Shown here in pieces: positions 41,357 through 42,824 of a stretch of 42,824 bases of DNA; the stretch's first letter is position 1; each line of letters begins with the position of its first letter. The position numbers and the translations under genes are program-made. The stretch is from Prasinococcaceae sp. CCMP 1430. Taxonomy: Eukaryota; Plantae; Prasinodermophyta. Under the pieces are notes generated by a model. That model did not search any database. It saw only the letters and a list, made by a program, of their open reading frames with translations, and was not told the origin of the DNA. The stretch lies in contig RQSC01000020.1 of assembly GCA_013416795.1 (NCBI GenBank), forward strand, positions 484,399 to 527,222, given 5' to 3'.

Positions 41357-41710
41357 CGCACACCCTGCGCACGACGCTGTGCGCGCGCTCATCGGCCGCG
41401 CGCGCGCTCCGCCTCGGAGCGCGCCTCGAAAGTCAACGCCGTCATCGCGAAGGGGCGCGCCGCCGCGCCCCTTCGGCGTGGCCCAATCGCGCACGTTAAG
41501 GTTTTCAGAGCGCGTTTTAGGGTTTCCGCGCCAGTGCGAGCGCTCCCAGGGGGCGCTGCGAAGCCTTTTTGGCGTCGGTGCGGAGCGAACCCTGACGCGT
41601 GCGTTTTGATGGCGGGCGCGCGGGCGCGCGAAAAGGGGTTCGAAAGCGTCGGAGGCGGCGCCGAAAGCGCTGGAGGCGCCACAGCGCGCGCGCACGCGCG
41701 GGCGCGGGCG

Positions 41711-41723
41711 TGCGTGTGCGTGC

Positions 41724-41785
<62 letters not shown>

Positions 41786-41840
41786 CTGTGTGCACCTGTG
41801 TGTGTGCGTGTGTGTGTGTGTGTGTGCGTGTGTGCGCGTG
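41711..41840. repeat. (TG)n microsatellite 5' of the small plus-strand gene
   Basis: Directly visible. Confidence 0.95.
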
Positions 41841-41905
41841 CCCCTTTCCGCCTCCGCCCCGCGCACCGCGCGCGACCGCGCGTTTCGGGGCCCCTTCCGT
41901 GGGGC

Positions 41906-42281
41906 ATGGATGACGAGGAGGGCATGTGCCTGTTCCTCGAGGCTGCCACGCAGCCGGCGCCCGGCGAGGAGGCGCTGGGTGGGGGGGCCTGCGGGCCGGC
42001 GGCGGCCGGTTGCGGCGGCGGGGGCGGCGGCGGCGTGCGCCCGCGCCGTGTGCCGCGCGGTGCTGCTGCCGCGCGTGGCGATCGCCGCGCTGGGCGTCGA
42101 GCGCATGCTGCTCGAGGTGGCGGAGGCGAGAGGCGAGACGCCATCGCGCGCGCCGAGGGGCGAGCGCGTGGTGAGCCTGGTCGCCGAGGACGCCGGCGGC
42201 ATGCTCGCGCTCTTCGCGCGCGGGGAGATGCGCGAGCTGCTGCGCGCCGAGCAGGCGTGCGCGGTGCTGTGCATGCCCTGA
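41906..42281 (+). CDS. Small hypothetical protein with an apparent frameshift
   Basis: MDDEEGMCLFLEAA in one frame and RAVLLPRVAIAALGVERMLLEVAE...LCMP* in another, separated by G-rich runs. TGTAA at 42324. Confidence 0.4.
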
Positions 42282-42489
42282 TTGATGGGGGGGAATCGAT
42301 GACGCGTGGGCTCGACGCGCGTTTGTAAAAAGCCGTCATCTCGTGGTCGGAGCAGAGAGAGCCGGCGGCCGGCGGCGCGGGCGGGGGCCGCGGCTGGTGC
42401 GGGAGGTGTGTGTGGCGAAGGGCGGGTCGTGCTGGTTGGGCGCGAAGTTGCACACACACACACACACAAAAAAGAACGCGCCGTCGGGC

Positions 42490-42495
42490 AAAAAA
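42490..42495 (-). terminator. RNA polymerase III T-run terminator
   Basis: T6 immediately 3' of the tRNA discriminator base. Confidence 0.9.
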
Positions 42496-42567
42496 TGCGC
42501 CGGCCGGGAATCGAACCCGGATCCCGAACTTGGAAGGTTCATATCCTAGCCATTGGACTACCGGCGC
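42496..42567 (-). tRNA. tRNA-Gly (anticodon TCC)
   Basis: Folds by hand: acceptor GCGCCGG/CCGGCGC+A; D arm GTCC-AATGGCTA-GGAT; anticodon arm TGAAC-CTTCCAA-GTTCG; T arm CCGGG-TTCGATT-CCCGG. 72 nt, no intron. Confidence 0.97.
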
Positions 42568-42574
42568 CGTGCGC

Positions 42575-42608
42575 AAACCCTAATTGCCACAATTGGTGTG
42601 TTTATATA
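42575..42608 (-). promoter_or_regulatory. TATA box and telo-box upstream of tRNA-Gly
   Basis: TATATAAA (minus strand, 42600-42607) and AAACCCTAA (plus strand, 42575-42583). Confidence 0.6.
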
Positions 42609-42824
42609 ACCACTAATTTATTTACGTTCATTTTGATGGCGATCGATGGACGCGCGCAAACCCTCTTGCGGCGGGCCTCGCGGGGGGCCTCCCATCGCGC
42701 ATTCGCGCGCGGAGAGCTGTGTGCGTGGCACACCGCGCGGGGCACGCGGCACACGCCCCCATCCGCCCGCTCGGGCGGCCCACCCCGCGGCATGGCGAGC
42801 GACCCCTCGCCACCCGCCGCGGCC

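Noticed and set aside
1-42824. Autonomous transposon, prophage or viral genes
   Set aside because: No transposase, integrase, reverse transcriptase, capsid or terminal-repeat pair was recognised.

Overview
Very GC-rich, gene-dense eukaryotic nuclear DNA from a gappy draft assembly, with seven N-blocks and four single-n joins (4960, 7894, 22680, 31768). It is most consistent with a green alga; this is inferred from a TIO-like Fused kinase, a B12D gene, a PPSP hydroxyproline-rich glycoprotein, telo-box-like motifs and TGTAA signals. Recognisable genes: IFT56, WDR11, a short Fused/TIO kinase, a PPSP-repeat glycoprotein with a spliced Cys-rich head, B12D/NDUFA4-like, a nucleotide-sugar transporter, an FAD-dependent oxidoreductase, two coiled-coil proteins, a TrmA-like methyltransferase, a multi-pass membrane hybrid histidine kinase and tRNA-Gly(TCC). 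Best leads: (1) two secreted His1 (histidine-brace) LPMO-like proteins, one with a CBM2-like module, near other wall or matrix genes; (2) a low-GC bacterial-looking segment (DUF3800-like plus a Pat/acyl-CoA-ligase-like piece) replacing the TrmA N-terminus, which is either horizontal transfer or an assembly chimera; (3) a 13-bp motif ATCAAAACGCRYG confined to AT-rich intergenic islands; (4) a phased GACGTGGC array next to poly-T; (5) (CA/TG)n and (CG)n tracts at most gene 5' ends; (6) a 28-bp duplication that appears to split one gene around a 2.5-kb interloper. All family calls come from motif recognition by eye; no database search was run.
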